Origin: an uncultured Actinomycetes bacterium
Lineage (GTDB): Bacteria > Actinomycetota > Acidimicrobiia > Acidimicrobiales > CADCSY01
DNA: 64,000 bases
Reading direction: 5' to 3'
Assembly (NCBI GenBank): GCA_963743945.1
Contig: CAVURO010000010.1
Location: forward strand, 418,156 to 482,155
In this document: positions 36,665 through 46,670 of the stretch, piece after piece
How positions within the stretch are numbered: position 1 is the stretch's first letter
How the letters are laid out: each line of letters opens with the position of its first letter
Notes under the pieces: model-generated
Seen by the model: the letters and a program-made list of their open reading frames with translations, nothing else
The model's database searches: none
Told to the model about the DNA's origin: nothing
Position numbers and translations under genes: made by a program

Positions 36665-37537
36665 TCAGGCCAGGCGGAATGCGGCGTCGTCCCGTGTGGC
36701 GAGGCCGTCGGCAACGACGCGATCGGCGACGAGCCGGGCACGCGAGACGTCATCCGGCCATCCCATGACGGTCGCCAGGTCGACATAAGACACCGGACCC
36801 CTACGGAGGGCGTCGACCAGACGACCTCGACCCTGGCGGTCCGAACCGGCGAAGGTCGACTGCGGAACGCTCACGCCGGCCGATCCGACAACGGGGTCGG
36901 GGGCGGGAAAGCCGGCGTTCGCCCAGGCACAGTGCGCTTGCAGCGGGCAGGCACCACAGCTCGGAACCCGACGCGTGCAGACCATCGCCCCGAGATCGAA
37001 GACGGCCTGACCCCACGCCCAGCCGTGGCCCTCGGGCACCAACCCGTCCGCCACGGATTGCGCCTCCCCACGGGCGAGCGAGCGACCCATCGCCGCACGG
37101 GCCAGGAAGCGACCGGCATTGGTATCGACGAGGCCCCGGTCCTGTTCGAAGGCGAAGACCAACACCGCTCGAGCGGTATAGGGACCGACCCCCGGAAGCG
37201 CCAACAAGGCCTCCAGATCCCGAGGCAGTTCGCCGCCGTGACGATCGACGACCGTCTGGGCCGAGCGATGCAGGTTGAGTGCCCGACGGTTGTACCCGAG
37301 CCCTGCCCAGGCCTGGACCACCTCGGCCACGGGTGCTGCCGCGCACACCGGCGCGCTCGGGAACCGCGAAAGGAATGCCTCCCAGCGCGGCACCACCCGT
37401 GCCACCTGGGTCTGTTGCAACATCAGCTCCGAGACCAACACGGCCCACGGGTCGCGCGTCGCTCGCCACGGCAGGTCCCGTCGCACCTCCCCGCCCCAAT
37501 CGAGGAGTGCCCGCTGCAGCGGCTTCAGTCGGCCCAA
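36665..37537 (-). CDS. mutY: A/G-specific adenine DNA glycosylase
   Basis: DPWAVLVSELMLQQTQV, HhH LLALPGVGPYTARAV and the Fe-S cluster CTRRVPSCGACPLQAHC (C-x6-C-x2-C-x5-C). Start uncertain (TTG 37537 proposed). The tracked ORF to 37888 overlaps the MaoC gene. Confidence 0.82.
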   Translation of the reverse strand: MGRLKPLQRALLDWGGEVRRDLPWRATRDPWAVLVSELMLQQTQVARVVPRWEAFLSRFPSAPVCAAAPVAEVVQAWAGLGYNRRALNLHRSAQTVVDRHGGELPRDLEALLALPGVGPYTARAVLVFAFEQDRGLVDTNAGRFLARAAMGRSLARGEAQSVADGLVPEGHGWAWGQAVFDLGAMVCTRRVPSCGACPLQAHCAWANAGFPAPDPVVGSAGVSVPQSTFAGSDRQGRGRLVDALRRGPVSYVDLATVMGWPDDVSRARLVADRVVADGLATRDDAAFRLA

Positions 37538-38040
37538 ACGTCGTCGTGGTAGGGACGGCGACGCTTGGGAGCGGCTTGGGCCTTCCAGACCATGACCTTG
37601 CGACGGAAGTAGCAGACCTCGTCGCCGTGCTGGTTGAAGCCCTTGGTCTCGACCGTGACGATGCCACGATCGGGCTTCGACGACGACGGGGCGACCGCAA
37701 GCACCCGGGTCTCGGCATAGATGGTGTCGCCGTGGAACGTCGGCTTCTTGTGCGTCAGCGACTCGATCTCGAGGTTGGCGATGGCGGCGCCGCTGACATC
37801 GGGCACGCTCATGCCCAACACCAGCGAGTACACGAGGTTGCCGACCACGACGTTCCTGCCGTGCACCGTCTCGTTCTCGGCGAACCACACGTTGGTGTGA
37901 AGCGGATGATGGTTCATCGTGATCATGCAGAACAGGTGGTCGTCGTACTCGGTGATGGTCTTGCCCGGCCAGTGCCGGTAGACGTCGCCGATCTGGAAGT
38001 CTTCGAGATAGCGGCCGAAGGGCCGGTCATAAGTGGTCAC
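37525..38040 (-). CDS. MaoC-like (R)-specific enoyl-CoA hydratase/dehydratase
   Basis: 171 aa. FEDFQIGD-type N-terminus (LEDFQIGDVY) and hot-dog fold pattern HHPLHTN. Confidence 0.85.
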   Translation of the reverse strand: MTTYDRPFGRYLEDFQIGDVYRHWPGKTITEYDDHLFCMITMNHHPLHTNVWFAENETVHGRNVVVGNLVYSLVLGMSVPDVSGAAIANLEIESLTHKKPTFHGDTIYAETRVLAVAPSSSKPDRGIVTVETKGFNQHGDEVCYFRRKVMVWKAQAAPKRRRPYHDDVWAD

Positions 38041-38135
38041 CCGCGCATCCTACGACGGCGGGTCAGGTCGCCCAAAGCCTGCGTGCAGGCCCCGTCGATG
38101 TGAGTCCGGGCGACGGCAATCGGTACCGTTTGTGC

Positions 38136-39716
38136 ATGACCACCCCCGATCTCCACGCCGCGAGCGCTGTTGTCGACCTCGCCTCTTCCGTCGTCAGCCG
38201 GGCCGCCCGTCATCTCGCCTCCCAGGGCTCCCTCGACGACAATCAGCAGATCGCCTACGACCTGGCACATGCGGCCTCGGCAACAGCGAGCGCGAAGGCC
38301 ATGCTCCGCTACGGAGCAAAGGGTGAGATCGAGGCGGCCCTCGCCGTGGCCTTCGTGGCCGACGCGATCCATGACCTCGCCTCGAAGCTGCTCGGCCGAG
38401 AAACCTCCTGGGGCCTGGAGCCCGGCGTCCTCGACGATGCCATGGCTTTCGTCATCACCTATCGAGACCCCGCGTTCCTTGCCGGCCTGGCCGACGAGTC
38501 CGGTCCCCGCCACCTCGACGCCGACTTCGAGATGGTCCAGGACACCTTTCGGCGATTCGCCGAGGACAAGATCCGCCCCGAGGCCGAGCACGTCCATCGC
38601 ACCAACGGTGACATTCCCGAGCACATCATCGCCGGCCTGGCCGAGATCGGCTCGTTCGGGCTGTCGGTTCCCGAGGAATACGAAGGCTTCGCCGCCGGGG
38701 GTGAATCCGACTACATCGGCATGGTCGTGGCAACCGAGGAGCTCTCCCGTGGATCACTGGGCATCGGCGGCTCGCTCATCACCCGTCCCGAGATCCTGAC
38801 CCGGGCGCTGGTGCGCGGCGGGACCGAGGAGCAGAAGCGAACATGGCTTCCCCGTCTGGCGAGTGGCGAGGTCATGGCTGCCGTCGCCGTCACCGAGCCC
38901 GACTTCGGCTCGGACGTCGCCGGCCTCAAGGTCACCGCCACGTCCGTCGAGGGCGGCTGGGCCATCAACGGCGTGAAGACCTGGTGCACCTTTGCCGCCC
39001 GGGCCGACGTGCTCATGTTGTTGGCCCGTACCGACCCCGATCGCACCAAGGCCCACAAGGGTCTCTCGTTGTTCGTCGTGCCCAAGCCCCGGGGGGAGGG
39101 TCATGGCTTCGCCTTCACCCAGCCCGACGGCGGCAAGATGGAGGGGCGGGCCATCGACACCATCGGCTATCGGGGCATGCACTCCTACGAGGTGGCCTTC
39201 GACAACTGGGTGGTGCCGCGCGACGGCCTCATCGGCGGCGAGGCCGGCCTCGGCAAGGGCTTCTACTACCAGATGGAGGGTTTCGAGAACGGCCGTCTGC
39301 AGACCGCTGCCCGTGCGATCGGGGTCATGCAGGCCGCCTATGAGGCCGCCTGCAGCTACGCGATCGATCGGTCGGTGTTCGGCCGACCTGTGGGCGACTA
39401 CCAGCTCACCAGGATCAAGCTCGCCCGCATGGCCGTGCTCATCCAGGCCGGCCGCCAGTTCGCCTACGAGGTCGCGACGCTCATGGCCAAGGGCGAGGGG
39501 GCGCTCGAGGCCTCGATGGTGAAGGCCTACGTCTGCAAGGCCGCCGAGTGGGTGACCCGCGAGGCACTGCAGATCCACGGCGGCATGGGTTACGCCGAGG
39601 AGTTCCCCGTGAGCCGTTACTTCGTCGATGCCCGCGTGCTGTCCATCTTCGAGGGCGCCGACGAGACCTTGTGCCTCAAGATCATCGCCCGTCGCCTCGT
39701 CGAGGACGCCGCCTGA
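38136..39716 (+). CDS. acyl-CoA dehydrogenase (long form)
   Basis: Start at ATG 38136. VTEPDFGSDVAGLKVTA, WAINGVKTWCTFA and LQIHGGMGYAEEFPVSRYFVDARV are present. Confidence 0.9.
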   Translation: MTTPDLHAASAVVDLASSVVSRAARHLASQGSLDDNQQIAYDLAHAASATASAKAMLRYGAKGEIEAALAVAFVADAIHDLASKLLGRETSWGLEPGVLDDAMAFVITYRDPAFLAGLADESGPRHLDADFEMVQDTFRRFAEDKIRPEAEHVHRTNGDIPEHIIAGLAEIGSFGLSVPEEYEGFAAGGESDYIGMVVATEELSRGSLGIGGSLITRPEILTRALVRGGTEEQKRTWLPRLASGEVMAAVAVTEPDFGSDVAGLKVTATSVEGGWAINGVKTWCTFAARADVLMLLARTDPDRTKAHKGLSLFVVPKPRGEGHGFAFTQPDGGKMEGRAIDTIGYRGMHSYEVAFDNWVVPRDGLIGGEAGLGKGFYYQMEGFENGRLQTAARAIGVMQAAYEAACSYAIDRSVFGRPVGDYQLTRIKLARMAVLIQAGRQFAYEVATLMAKGEGALEASMVKAYVCKAAEWVTREALQIHGGMGYAEEFPVSRYFVDARVLSIFEGADETLCLKIIARRLVEDAA

Positions 39717-39779
39717 TCGGACGCGCTCGGGAAGCGTCGATGGACCGGGCCCGTCCTGGGGCTCCCCAGCCGTTACGGT

Positions 39780-40796
39780 ATGGCCATGCGGATCGCACTG
39801 ATAGCACCCCCATGGGTCCCGGTGCCGCCGCTTGCCTACGGTGGCACCGAAGCGGTCATCGATCGCCTCGCGCGTGGCTTCCAGACGGAGGGCCACGAGG
39901 TCCTGCTCTACACCACCGGTGACTCGACCTGCCCGGTTGCCCGCCAGTGGTGCCTCGCAAAGTCCGAGGGCATGCGGATGGGCTCGGTCGTGCCCGAGCT
40001 GCGCCACATCATCCACGCCTACGAGGCCGTCAAGGACTTCGACATCGTGCACGATCACACGGTGATGGGCCCGACCTATTCGGAGCGATTCCCATCCCTG
40101 CGGGTCGTCACCACGAACCACGGACCCTTCAACGCTGAGCTGACCGACATCTACCGGTCGATCACCCCACGGGTGCCCATCATCGCCATCTCGCATGATC
40201 AGGCAGCCCAGGTGCCGGACCTTCCCATCGCCAGGATCATCCATCACGGCATCGACCTCCAGACGATTCCGGTCGGCAGGGGAGACGGCGGCTACTTCTT
40301 GTTCCTGGGTCGCATGGTCGCCGAGAAGGGACCTCAGCGGGCGATCGAGGTGGCCAGGGCGGCGGGGGTTCCCCTCCTGCTGGCGGCCAAGATGCGTGAA
40401 CCCGCCGAGCGTGTGTACTTCCAGAACATCATCGAACCGATGTTGAGCGAGTCGATTCGCTACGTGGGTGAGGTCGGGGGCCAGGAGAAGATCGATCTGC
40501 TCAACGGCGCGATCGGGCTGTTGAACCCCATCCGCTGGCACGAGCCCTTCGGTCTCGTCATGATCGAGGCGCTGGCCGCCGGCACACCCGTCCTTGCCTT
40601 CAAGGAGGGTGCCGCACCAGAGATCGTCGAGCACGGCATCACCGGCTTCCTCTGTGACGACATCGACGACATGGTCGATGCAGTCGCCCAAATCGACACG
40701 ATCGACCGGGCAGCCTGCCGTCTCGCCGCGGAGCAGCGCTTCTCGACCGAGCGCATGGTCAACGAGCACCTCGAGCTGTTCCGAAGCCTGTTGTAG
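39780..40796 (+). CDS. GT4-family (GT-B) glycosyltransferase
   Basis: MRIALIAPPWVPVPPLAYGGTE N-terminus and C-terminal EPFGLVMIEALAAGTPVLAFKEGAAPEIVEHGITGF. Confidence 0.88.
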   Translation: MAMRIALIAPPWVPVPPLAYGGTEAVIDRLARGFQTEGHEVLLYTTGDSTCPVARQWCLAKSEGMRMGSVVPELRHIIHAYEAVKDFDIVHDHTVMGPTYSERFPSLRVVTTNHGPFNAELTDIYRSITPRVPIIAISHDQAAQVPDLPIARIIHHGIDLQTIPVGRGDGGYFLFLGRMVAEKGPQRAIEVARAAGVPLLLAAKMREPAERVYFQNIIEPMLSESIRYVGEVGGQEKIDLLNGAIGLLNPIRWHEPFGLVMIEALAAGTPVLAFKEGAAPEIVEHGITGFLCDDIDDMVDAVAQIDTIDRAACRLAAEQRFSTERMVNEHLELFRSLL

Positions 40797-40798
40797 CC

Positions 40799-42229
40799 TC
40801 AGACCTCACCGGACACGACCGGGAGCTGTTGCGGGTCGGTCGAGCTCGGTTCGTGATCGCCTTGATCCAGACGGAACGGGGGGTAGCGATCGGTCATGAG
40901 GGCGACGTAGACGATCACGCGAAAGATCCAACGGTTGATGCCCATGATCAGGTTGTACAAACCTCGGGGGTAGCGGCCCGTCATCAAGAGGATGACTGCA
41001 GCAATCAGCACCAGGAGCCCGAGCAGGCCACGGTTGAGGAAGATCCCTCCCCCACGGTCGTCGCCGTCGCTCGACCAGGTCATGGTGAGCACGCCGACGA
41101 TGAGGAGGTGCGGCAGCGCGAGAAGCCACGACTTGATCAGCACCAGGCCCCGGGAGAGGCCCTCGGGGTAAACGATGTCGAGACCGGCCGGGTACTCGGC
41201 CGGATCAAGGGTGAACGGCGGGTAGGCGTCGGTGCCGAGTGGGCTGACCGCGTAGTAACCGACCCTCCAGGACCACCGCAGGACGCCGACGTTGAAGTCG
41301 AAGATGGCCCTTGGGTAGCGACCGGTGAAGAGGATCCCGAAGAAGGCGACGACGGTCAGGACGGCGAACGCAACCCAGAGGAATCCGAGGACGATGAAGT
41401 GGGGGATGGCAAGGAGCCACTTGATCATCCAGCGCCAACGACTGAGGTTGGCGTCGAGATCTCCTTCGATCGACAACGGGTGAGCCCGAGTGGACACCTC
41501 CCCGGCCGGCGATCCCGGTTCGACCTCGGCATGTGCCCTCCCCACGGCAGGCTTTCCGCCGGCGACCGCGCCGGCGATGATCATGACCGTCCCGATCACG
41601 AGCACGACGATGCCGGCAGCGCCGAGTCCGAGGGCGATCGGAGTCAGGAAATCGATACGTCCCCCGAGCTCGAGGTCGGCACGCACCCCGCGCGACCCAT
41701 CGGCGTTCATCACGACGATCGCCCAGCGTCCCGGCTCCAGATCCCAGGTGATGGTCTGCGTTGCATCACCCGACGCCTGCGCCACCCAGAAGCCCCGATC
41801 GGCGGGACGATCGGGGCGGGAGGATCCGTCGCCGTTCTCACGGCGATAGTCGGCGGAGAACGGGTTGAACGCCACGTCGACGATGTCGTCGTGGGGGACT
41901 CCGGCGAGGTAGGCCTCGACGTCGGATTCGGGACCGATGCCGACGAAGATGTCGCCCGTTCCGGCGTTGTCGGCGCGGAGCCGCACGGTGACAAGGTCTT
42001 GATCGGTCCACCACTCATCCGGTCCAGGGTCGCCGAGATCGATCTTGTCGGAGGTCAGCGCGTAGCCGGCGGTCTCGAAGCGCTCGTCGGAGGTCGCGAA
42101 GTATCCGGCGTCATCGCGCTGGGTGACAAGAGCGAGACCGAGGACGGCGCCGGATGCGAGCGATGCAACGCCCAGCAGCGCAACGAGTGACCCGATGACC
42201 AGCAGGAGGACGCGCCCAGGCTTCATCAT
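40799..42229 (-). CDS. DUF4389-domain membrane protein
   Basis: N-terminal TM helix and an extracytoplasmic domain. Two copies of the DUF4389 pattern (FTGRYPRAIFDFNVGVLRWSWRVGYY...YPPFTLD and MTGRYPRGLYNLIMGINRWIFRV...YPPFRLD). Confidence 0.8.
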   Translation of the reverse strand: MMKPGRVLLLVIGSLVALLGVASLASGAVLGLALVTQRDDAGYFATSDERFETAGYALTSDKIDLGDPGPDEWWTDQDLVTVRLRADNAGTGDIFVGIGPESDVEAYLAGVPHDDIVDVAFNPFSADYRRENGDGSSRPDRPADRGFWVAQASGDATQTITWDLEPGRWAIVVMNADGSRGVRADLELGGRIDFLTPIALGLGAAGIVVLVIGTVMIIAGAVAGGKPAVGRAHAEVEPGSPAGEVSTRAHPLSIEGDLDANLSRWRWMIKWLLAIPHFIVLGFLWVAFAVLTVVAFFGILFTGRYPRAIFDFNVGVLRWSWRVGYYAVSPLGTDAYPPFTLDPAEYPAGLDIVYPEGLSRGLVLIKSWLLALPHLLIVGVLTMTWSSDGDDRGGGIFLNRGLLGLLVLIAAVILLMTGRYPRGLYNLIMGINRWIFRVIVYVALMTDRYPPFRLDQGDHEPSSTDPQQLPVVSGEV

Positions 42230-42344
42230 GCTCCTTGAACCGTGAGGTGTGAACCGGAAGCATCATCGGACCCCCACTCGGCCGGGGGCAGAGGCTTTGG
42301 ACCCTGAAAACCGGCTTGGCCGCGAATCGCTCGGACTGCAGGGC

Positions 42345-42656
42345 TCAGGCCGTCGCGATGACCCGGTAGTGCTCCACGGTGGGCGCGGGGTCGTAGAAGT
42401 GATGCAGGAGTCCCCGCCATTCGTCAAAGGCCGGTGATCCACGAAAGCCCTCGAGATGGTCCTCCAACCGTTCCCACTGCACGAGGAGCAGATAGCGGTT
42501 CTCGGTCTCCAGGCATCGCTGCAGCTCGAGGGCGATGAAGCCCGGACTCGCGGCCAGGAGCTCCTTCGCCTGAGCAAAGGTTCGCTCGAATGCCGGCGCC
42601 TCACCGTCACGAATGTTCAGGACGATGTGTTCGAGGACTTGCGATTCCGATGCCAT
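42345..42656 (-). CDS. antibiotic-biosynthesis-monooxygenase (ABM) domain protein
   Basis: Start at ATG 42656. ~100-aa ferredoxin-like ABM pattern (FERTFAQA..., YLLLVQWERLEDH, FRGSPAF..W). Confidence 0.75.
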   Translation of the reverse strand: MASESQVLEHIVLNIRDGEAPAFERTFAQAKELLAASPGFIALELQRCLETENRYLLLVQWERLEDHLEGFRGSPAFDEWRGLLHHFYDPAPTVEHYRVIATA

Positions 42657-42749
42657 GGCCGCCCACGGTAGCTGCCTCCGCTGTACGGGATGGCCCTTGA
42701 ACGGCGATGACCCGGTGGGCAAAAGGTGGCCCCCTGCACCGAACGCCGT

Positions 42750-44909
42750 CTAGGTTGTCGCCGCTCCCGGTTTCATGGCCGTCGACGGACGACGCGGCTC
42801 GTGGACCAGTTCCACGCCCGCGGGCAGCCCTTCGACCGACACACTGTCGCCCTCGACATCGATCGAAACCCGATTGCCGCCCAGGGGAATCCGATCAACC
42901 TTGAGGTGCTTGATGGCAGCCGGCAACACCGGGTCGAGCCACACCTTGCCGTGGGGCAGCCACGGGTCGAGGCGCAACATCGAACGCAACAACAACAGGG
43001 GCGACGCCGCAGCCCACGCCTGTGGCGAGCACGACGCGGGGTAGCTCAACGGCACGGGCAGCTCGGCACGGTCAAGCCCGCCGAAGAGCTCGGGAAGGCG
43101 CCCTCCCATGCACGCAGCGGTGTCGAGCAGACCCATGATGACCCGATGGGACTCCTCGACGAAGCCGTAACGCATCAGACCTGCCGCGACGATGGCCGTG
43201 TCGTGGGGCCAGATCGACCCGTTGTGATAGCTGATCGGGTTGTAGCCCACCATCGATGACCCGAGCGTGCGGATGCCCCAACCCGTGAACATCTGGGACG
43301 ACAGCAGCTTCGCCGCCACCAGGGGCGCCTTGTCCTCGTCGATGATGCCGGTCCACAGGCAATGGCCGATGTTGGACGTCAGCGCGTCCAGGGGACGCTT
43401 GTCCCCGTCAAGGCCCAGCGCAAACCATCCCTTGTCCTCCAACCAGAAGTCACGGTTGAAAGCGGTCTTCAGTGCCGCCGCGCGGCTGCGGTAGAGCTCG
43501 ACGGCCTCCTGATCGCCCGCCTCGTGGGCGAAGTGCGCACGGGCGATGTAGGCGCCGTAGGTGTACGCCTGGACCTCGCAGAGGGCGATCGGCCCCTCCC
43601 CGAGTCGCCCGTCGGCAAAACGGATACCGTCCCAGGAGTCCTTCCAGCCCTGGTTGCGCAGGCCTTGGGGCGTTGCCCGCGAGTACTCGACATAGCCGTC
43701 CCCGTCCCGGTCACCGAACTCCGCGATCCACGCCATGGCCCGATCGGCATGGGGCAACAACTCGGCCACGGCCTCGGAGGCGAGGCCCCATCGCTGCAAC
43801 TCCCCGAGCAGCATGACGAACAGGGGGGTCGCATCGGCCGTGCCGTAGTAGATGTGCCCCCCACCCAGGGAGAGGGAGGTGGCGGCGCCGAAGCGCATCT
43901 CATGCAGGATGCGGCCGGGCTCCTCCTCGGTCTCCGCGACCACGTCGTCACCCTGGAATCGAGCAAGCGTCTGCAGGACCCCCAGCGAGAGCTCCGGATC
44001 GACGATCAGCGCCATCCACGACGTCAGGAGGGAATCGCGTCCGAACAACGTCATGAACCATGGGGCGCCGGCAGCCACCACCGTGCGTTCCGGGTAGTCG
44101 GGGTCGAAGATGCGCAGGGCGCCCAGGTCCTCGTGGCTCTGGGTCACCGCAACCGCCAGGCCGGCGTGGTTGGTCGTCACCGTCGGGACCTGCTTGCGCC
44201 ACTGGGCATGGCGCTCCGTCGGAGCGGCCTTCTCGACGGGCTGACCGCATCGGTAACGGGGCTCGATCTCCTCGTCCTCGATCACGGGTGCGACCTCCAG
44301 GCATGCCCGCCACTCGCCGCCGGGTTCGATGCTCACCTCGACCAGGGCCCCGTGGTGGCCGACCGAGTCGAAGCCGGTCATCCGGTAGACGACACCACGT
44401 CGGTTGTCGTCGAGTTCATAGCCGAGGCGCAACTCGCCGTCCCGAGCCTCCACGGATCGTTGCCCGCGAATCTCGACCCTGGACTCCTTGACCTCGAACA
44501 GATCGGCGAAATCGGCATCGGTGATGAGCTCGACGATGCACCGCGCCGGCTCGAGACCGAAGTTGCGAATCGTCACGTCCTCCCGCATGCCGCGACCCAC
44601 GTACCGGGTGCGAAAGGCGAGCAGGGTGCTGTCGGCCACACCGGCTCGGGGGTAGGCGCGGGACACGAAGGTGCCGGTGAACGGGTTCGAGGTGAAGGCC
44701 GACAGCGGCTCCATCCGGTGTCCGTTCAGCCTCAGCTCGAGAGCGGAGAGAAAACGCGAATCACGGACGAACAGCCCCTGGGGCATGCCGGCGACGATGT
44801 CACCCGTACGACCGGAGATGCAGAACGTCGAGCCCTGCACCAGGGTGATCGTTCCAACCGCCGTCCCCACGGCCGGCACCTCTCCTGAGAAGGTCCACGG
44901 TTCTGCCAC
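42750..44909 (-). CDS. glycogen-debranching-enzyme-like amylo-alpha-1,6-glucosidase family protein
   Basis: 719 aa. N-terminal GDE_N-like region (TLVQGSTFCISGRTGDI). C-terminal (alpha/alpha)6 domain (DGYVEY...GLRNQGWKDSWD, CEVQAYTYGAY). Confidence 0.85.
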   Translation of the reverse strand: MAEPWTFSGEVPAVGTAVGTITLVQGSTFCISGRTGDIVAGMPQGLFVRDSRFLSALELRLNGHRMEPLSAFTSNPFTGTFVSRAYPRAGVADSTLLAFRTRYVGRGMREDVTIRNFGLEPARCIVELITDADFADLFEVKESRVEIRGQRSVEARDGELRLGYELDDNRRGVVYRMTGFDSVGHHGALVEVSIEPGGEWRACLEVAPVIEDEEIEPRYRCGQPVEKAAPTERHAQWRKQVPTVTTNHAGLAVAVTQSHEDLGALRIFDPDYPERTVVAAGAPWFMTLFGRDSLLTSWMALIVDPELSLGVLQTLARFQGDDVVAETEEEPGRILHEMRFGAATSLSLGGGHIYYGTADATPLFVMLLGELQRWGLASEAVAELLPHADRAMAWIAEFGDRDGDGYVEYSRATPQGLRNQGWKDSWDGIRFADGRLGEGPIALCEVQAYTYGAYIARAHFAHEAGDQEAVELYRSRAAALKTAFNRDFWLEDKGWFALGLDGDKRPLDALTSNIGHCLWTGIIDEDKAPLVAAKLLSSQMFTGWGIRTLGSSMVGYNPISYHNGSIWPHDTAIVAAGLMRYGFVEESHRVIMGLLDTAACMGGRLPELFGGLDRAELPVPLSYPASCSPQAWAAASPLLLLRSMLRLDPWLPHGKVWLDPVLPAAIKHLKVDRIPLGGNRVSIDVEGDSVSVEGLPAGVELVHEPRRPSTAMKPGAATT

Positions 44910-44937
44910 AGTGCAAAACTAGCGGTCGGCCTCACCT

Positions 44938-45693
44938 TCACCGTCGGATGCTCAGGCCTCGCAGGTAGAACCAGTAGGTGCGCCACCGAAGATCGCCGCG
45001 GAGCACGCCGAGCAGCTCTCGGTACATCGCCACGGTTCGCCTCATGCCCACGACGAACCCGAGCTTGTCGCGCTTGGTGCGATGTGACACGCCACTCATC
45101 GTGCGAACGGTGGTCTCGAGACGGTGCTCGGCGATCACCTCGTTGATGCGGAGCTCGATGGTGTATCCCTGCAGCTTCCCTTCGGGAATCGCCTCGAAGA
45201 CCCACCGGGGCAGGATGCGTTCGCCGCTGATGGGTGGCCAGCGACGCACCAGCGGGTTCCAGAACCAGCCATAGTCGAAGAAGCCGACCGACATCGTGGC
45301 CACCCCCTCGACAAACGGTTCACAGAGCTGATCGAGGTGGGCGGAGGTCAATCCGGTGCAGTCACCGTCCACGAAGAGAATGCCCCCGGCATCGCACGCT
45401 GCGACACCGGTGGCCATCGCGAGCGCCTTCGAGCCCGACGACACCTCGCGACGCAACACCCGGGCCCCGGCAGCCTCGGCGAGTGCCCCGGTGGCATCGG
45501 TCGAACCGTCGTCGACGACGATCACCGAGCGAACGAACCGACACCCGCGTGCCGCCAGGACATTGGCCTCGATCGTGACCGCCTCGTTGCGGGCCGGCAT
45601 CACACAGTCGATGATCGCGGCGGCCCTCGCGCTTCCGGGCCCGGCCCCGAGGTCCGGGAAGGGGTCCTCCCTCGAGCCTCGATGCAGGGACAT
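44938..45693 (-). CDS. family 2 glycosyltransferase (glucosyl-3-phosphoglycerate synthase-like)
   Basis: VMPARNEAVTI, VVDDGSTDATG and LFVDGDC (DxD). Confidence 0.8.
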   Translation of the reverse strand: MSLHRGSREDPFPDLGAGPGSARAAAIIDCVMPARNEAVTIEANVLAARGCRFVRSVIVVDDGSTDATGALAEAAGARVLRREVSSGSKALAMATGVAACDAGGILFVDGDCTGLTSAHLDQLCEPFVEGVATMSVGFFDYGWFWNPLVRRWPPISGERILPRWVFEAIPEGKLQGYTIELRINEVIAEHRLETTVRTMSGVSHRTKRDKLGFVVGMRRTVAMYRELLGVLRGDLRWRTYWFYLRGLSIRR

Positions 45694-45710
45694 GTCGTCC
45701 TGCGTCGTCC

Positions 45711-46655
45711 TCAGCCTGCGGAGCGGACGAACCCGGCTCGCTCACCCCGGGCGATGAACTTGAGGGCCATCTTGCGCGACGCCTCGTCGATCATCTCGTC
45801 ACCGAACATCACCGCCCCCTTGCGCTCGCCTTCGGTTGCCTCCTTGTAGGCGTCCAGGATGGCGTGAGCCCGATCGAACTGCTCCTGGGTGGGCGAGAAC
45901 AGCTCGTTGAGGATGGTGACCTGGTCGGGGTGCAGGGCCCACTTGCCGTCGTAGCCGAGCACCTGGGTGCGTCGGCAGTAGTCACGGAACAGGTCGGGCT
46001 CCCGGATCTTCAGGAACGGTCCATCGATCACCTGCAGGCCGTTTGCCCGCCCCGCCATGAGGATCTTCGAGAAGACGTAGTGGAAGTGGTCACCCGGGTA
46101 ATCGGGGATCTGGACGCCGCCGGTGAGCACCGGCATCTCCATCGAGGCGGCGAAATCGGCCGGGCCGAAGATGATCGTCTCGAGGCGAGGTGAGGCCGCG
46201 CAGATCTCCTCCACGTTGATGAGCCCACGCGTCGTCTCGATCTGGGCCTCGATGCCGATGTGTCCGATGGGCAGCCCGGCGTTGGCCTCGACCTGGGTCA
46301 GGAGAAGATCGAGCGCAACAACCTCGGCGGCCGACTGCACCTTGGGCAACATGATCTCGTCGAGCCGATCGCCGGCGTTGCCGACGACGTCGATGACGTC
46401 GCCATAGGTCCACTTGGTGTCCCAGGCGTTGACCCGAACACACAGCACGCGATCGCCCCAGTCGAGGTTCTTGATCGCGTCGACGACCTTTGCCCTGGCC
46501 TCGATCTTCTCGAGCGGCGCCACCGAATCCTCGAGGTCGAGGAAGGTCATGTCCGCTTCGATGGTCGGACCCTTCTGCAAGAAGCGCTCACTCGATCCGG
46601 GGACCGACAGACACGAGCGACGCGGGAGACTCCTGGAACGTTCAGACATGCCCAC
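45711..46655 (-). CDS. HpcH/HpaI aldolase / citrate lyase beta (CitE)-like acyl-CoA lyase
   Basis: RRSCLSVPGSSERFLQKG...DMTFLDLEDSV and DGPF...DGKWALHPDQV fit the CitE/malyl-CoA lyase family. Confidence 0.85.
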   Translation of the reverse strand: MGMSERSRSLPRRSCLSVPGSSERFLQKGPTIEADMTFLDLEDSVAPLEKIEARAKVVDAIKNLDWGDRVLCVRVNAWDTKWTYGDVIDVVGNAGDRLDEIMLPKVQSAAEVVALDLLLTQVEANAGLPIGHIGIEAQIETTRGLINVEEICAASPRLETIIFGPADFAASMEMPVLTGGVQIPDYPGDHFHYVFSKILMAGRANGLQVIDGPFLKIREPDLFRDYCRRTQVLGYDGKWALHPDQVTILNELFSPTQEQFDRAHAILDAYKEATEGERKGAVMFGDEMIDEASRKMALKFIARGERAGFVRSAG

Positions 46656-46670
46656 ATGGTATGCGCTCGA

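Noticed and set aside
38754-40769. 671-aa minus-strand ORF antisense to the ACAD and GT4 genes. Similar cases are 18429-20177, 28710-29861, 58631-60250 and 35432-36586
   Set aside because: These are shadow ORFs opposite well-supported genes, with no motifs and a compositionally biased translation.
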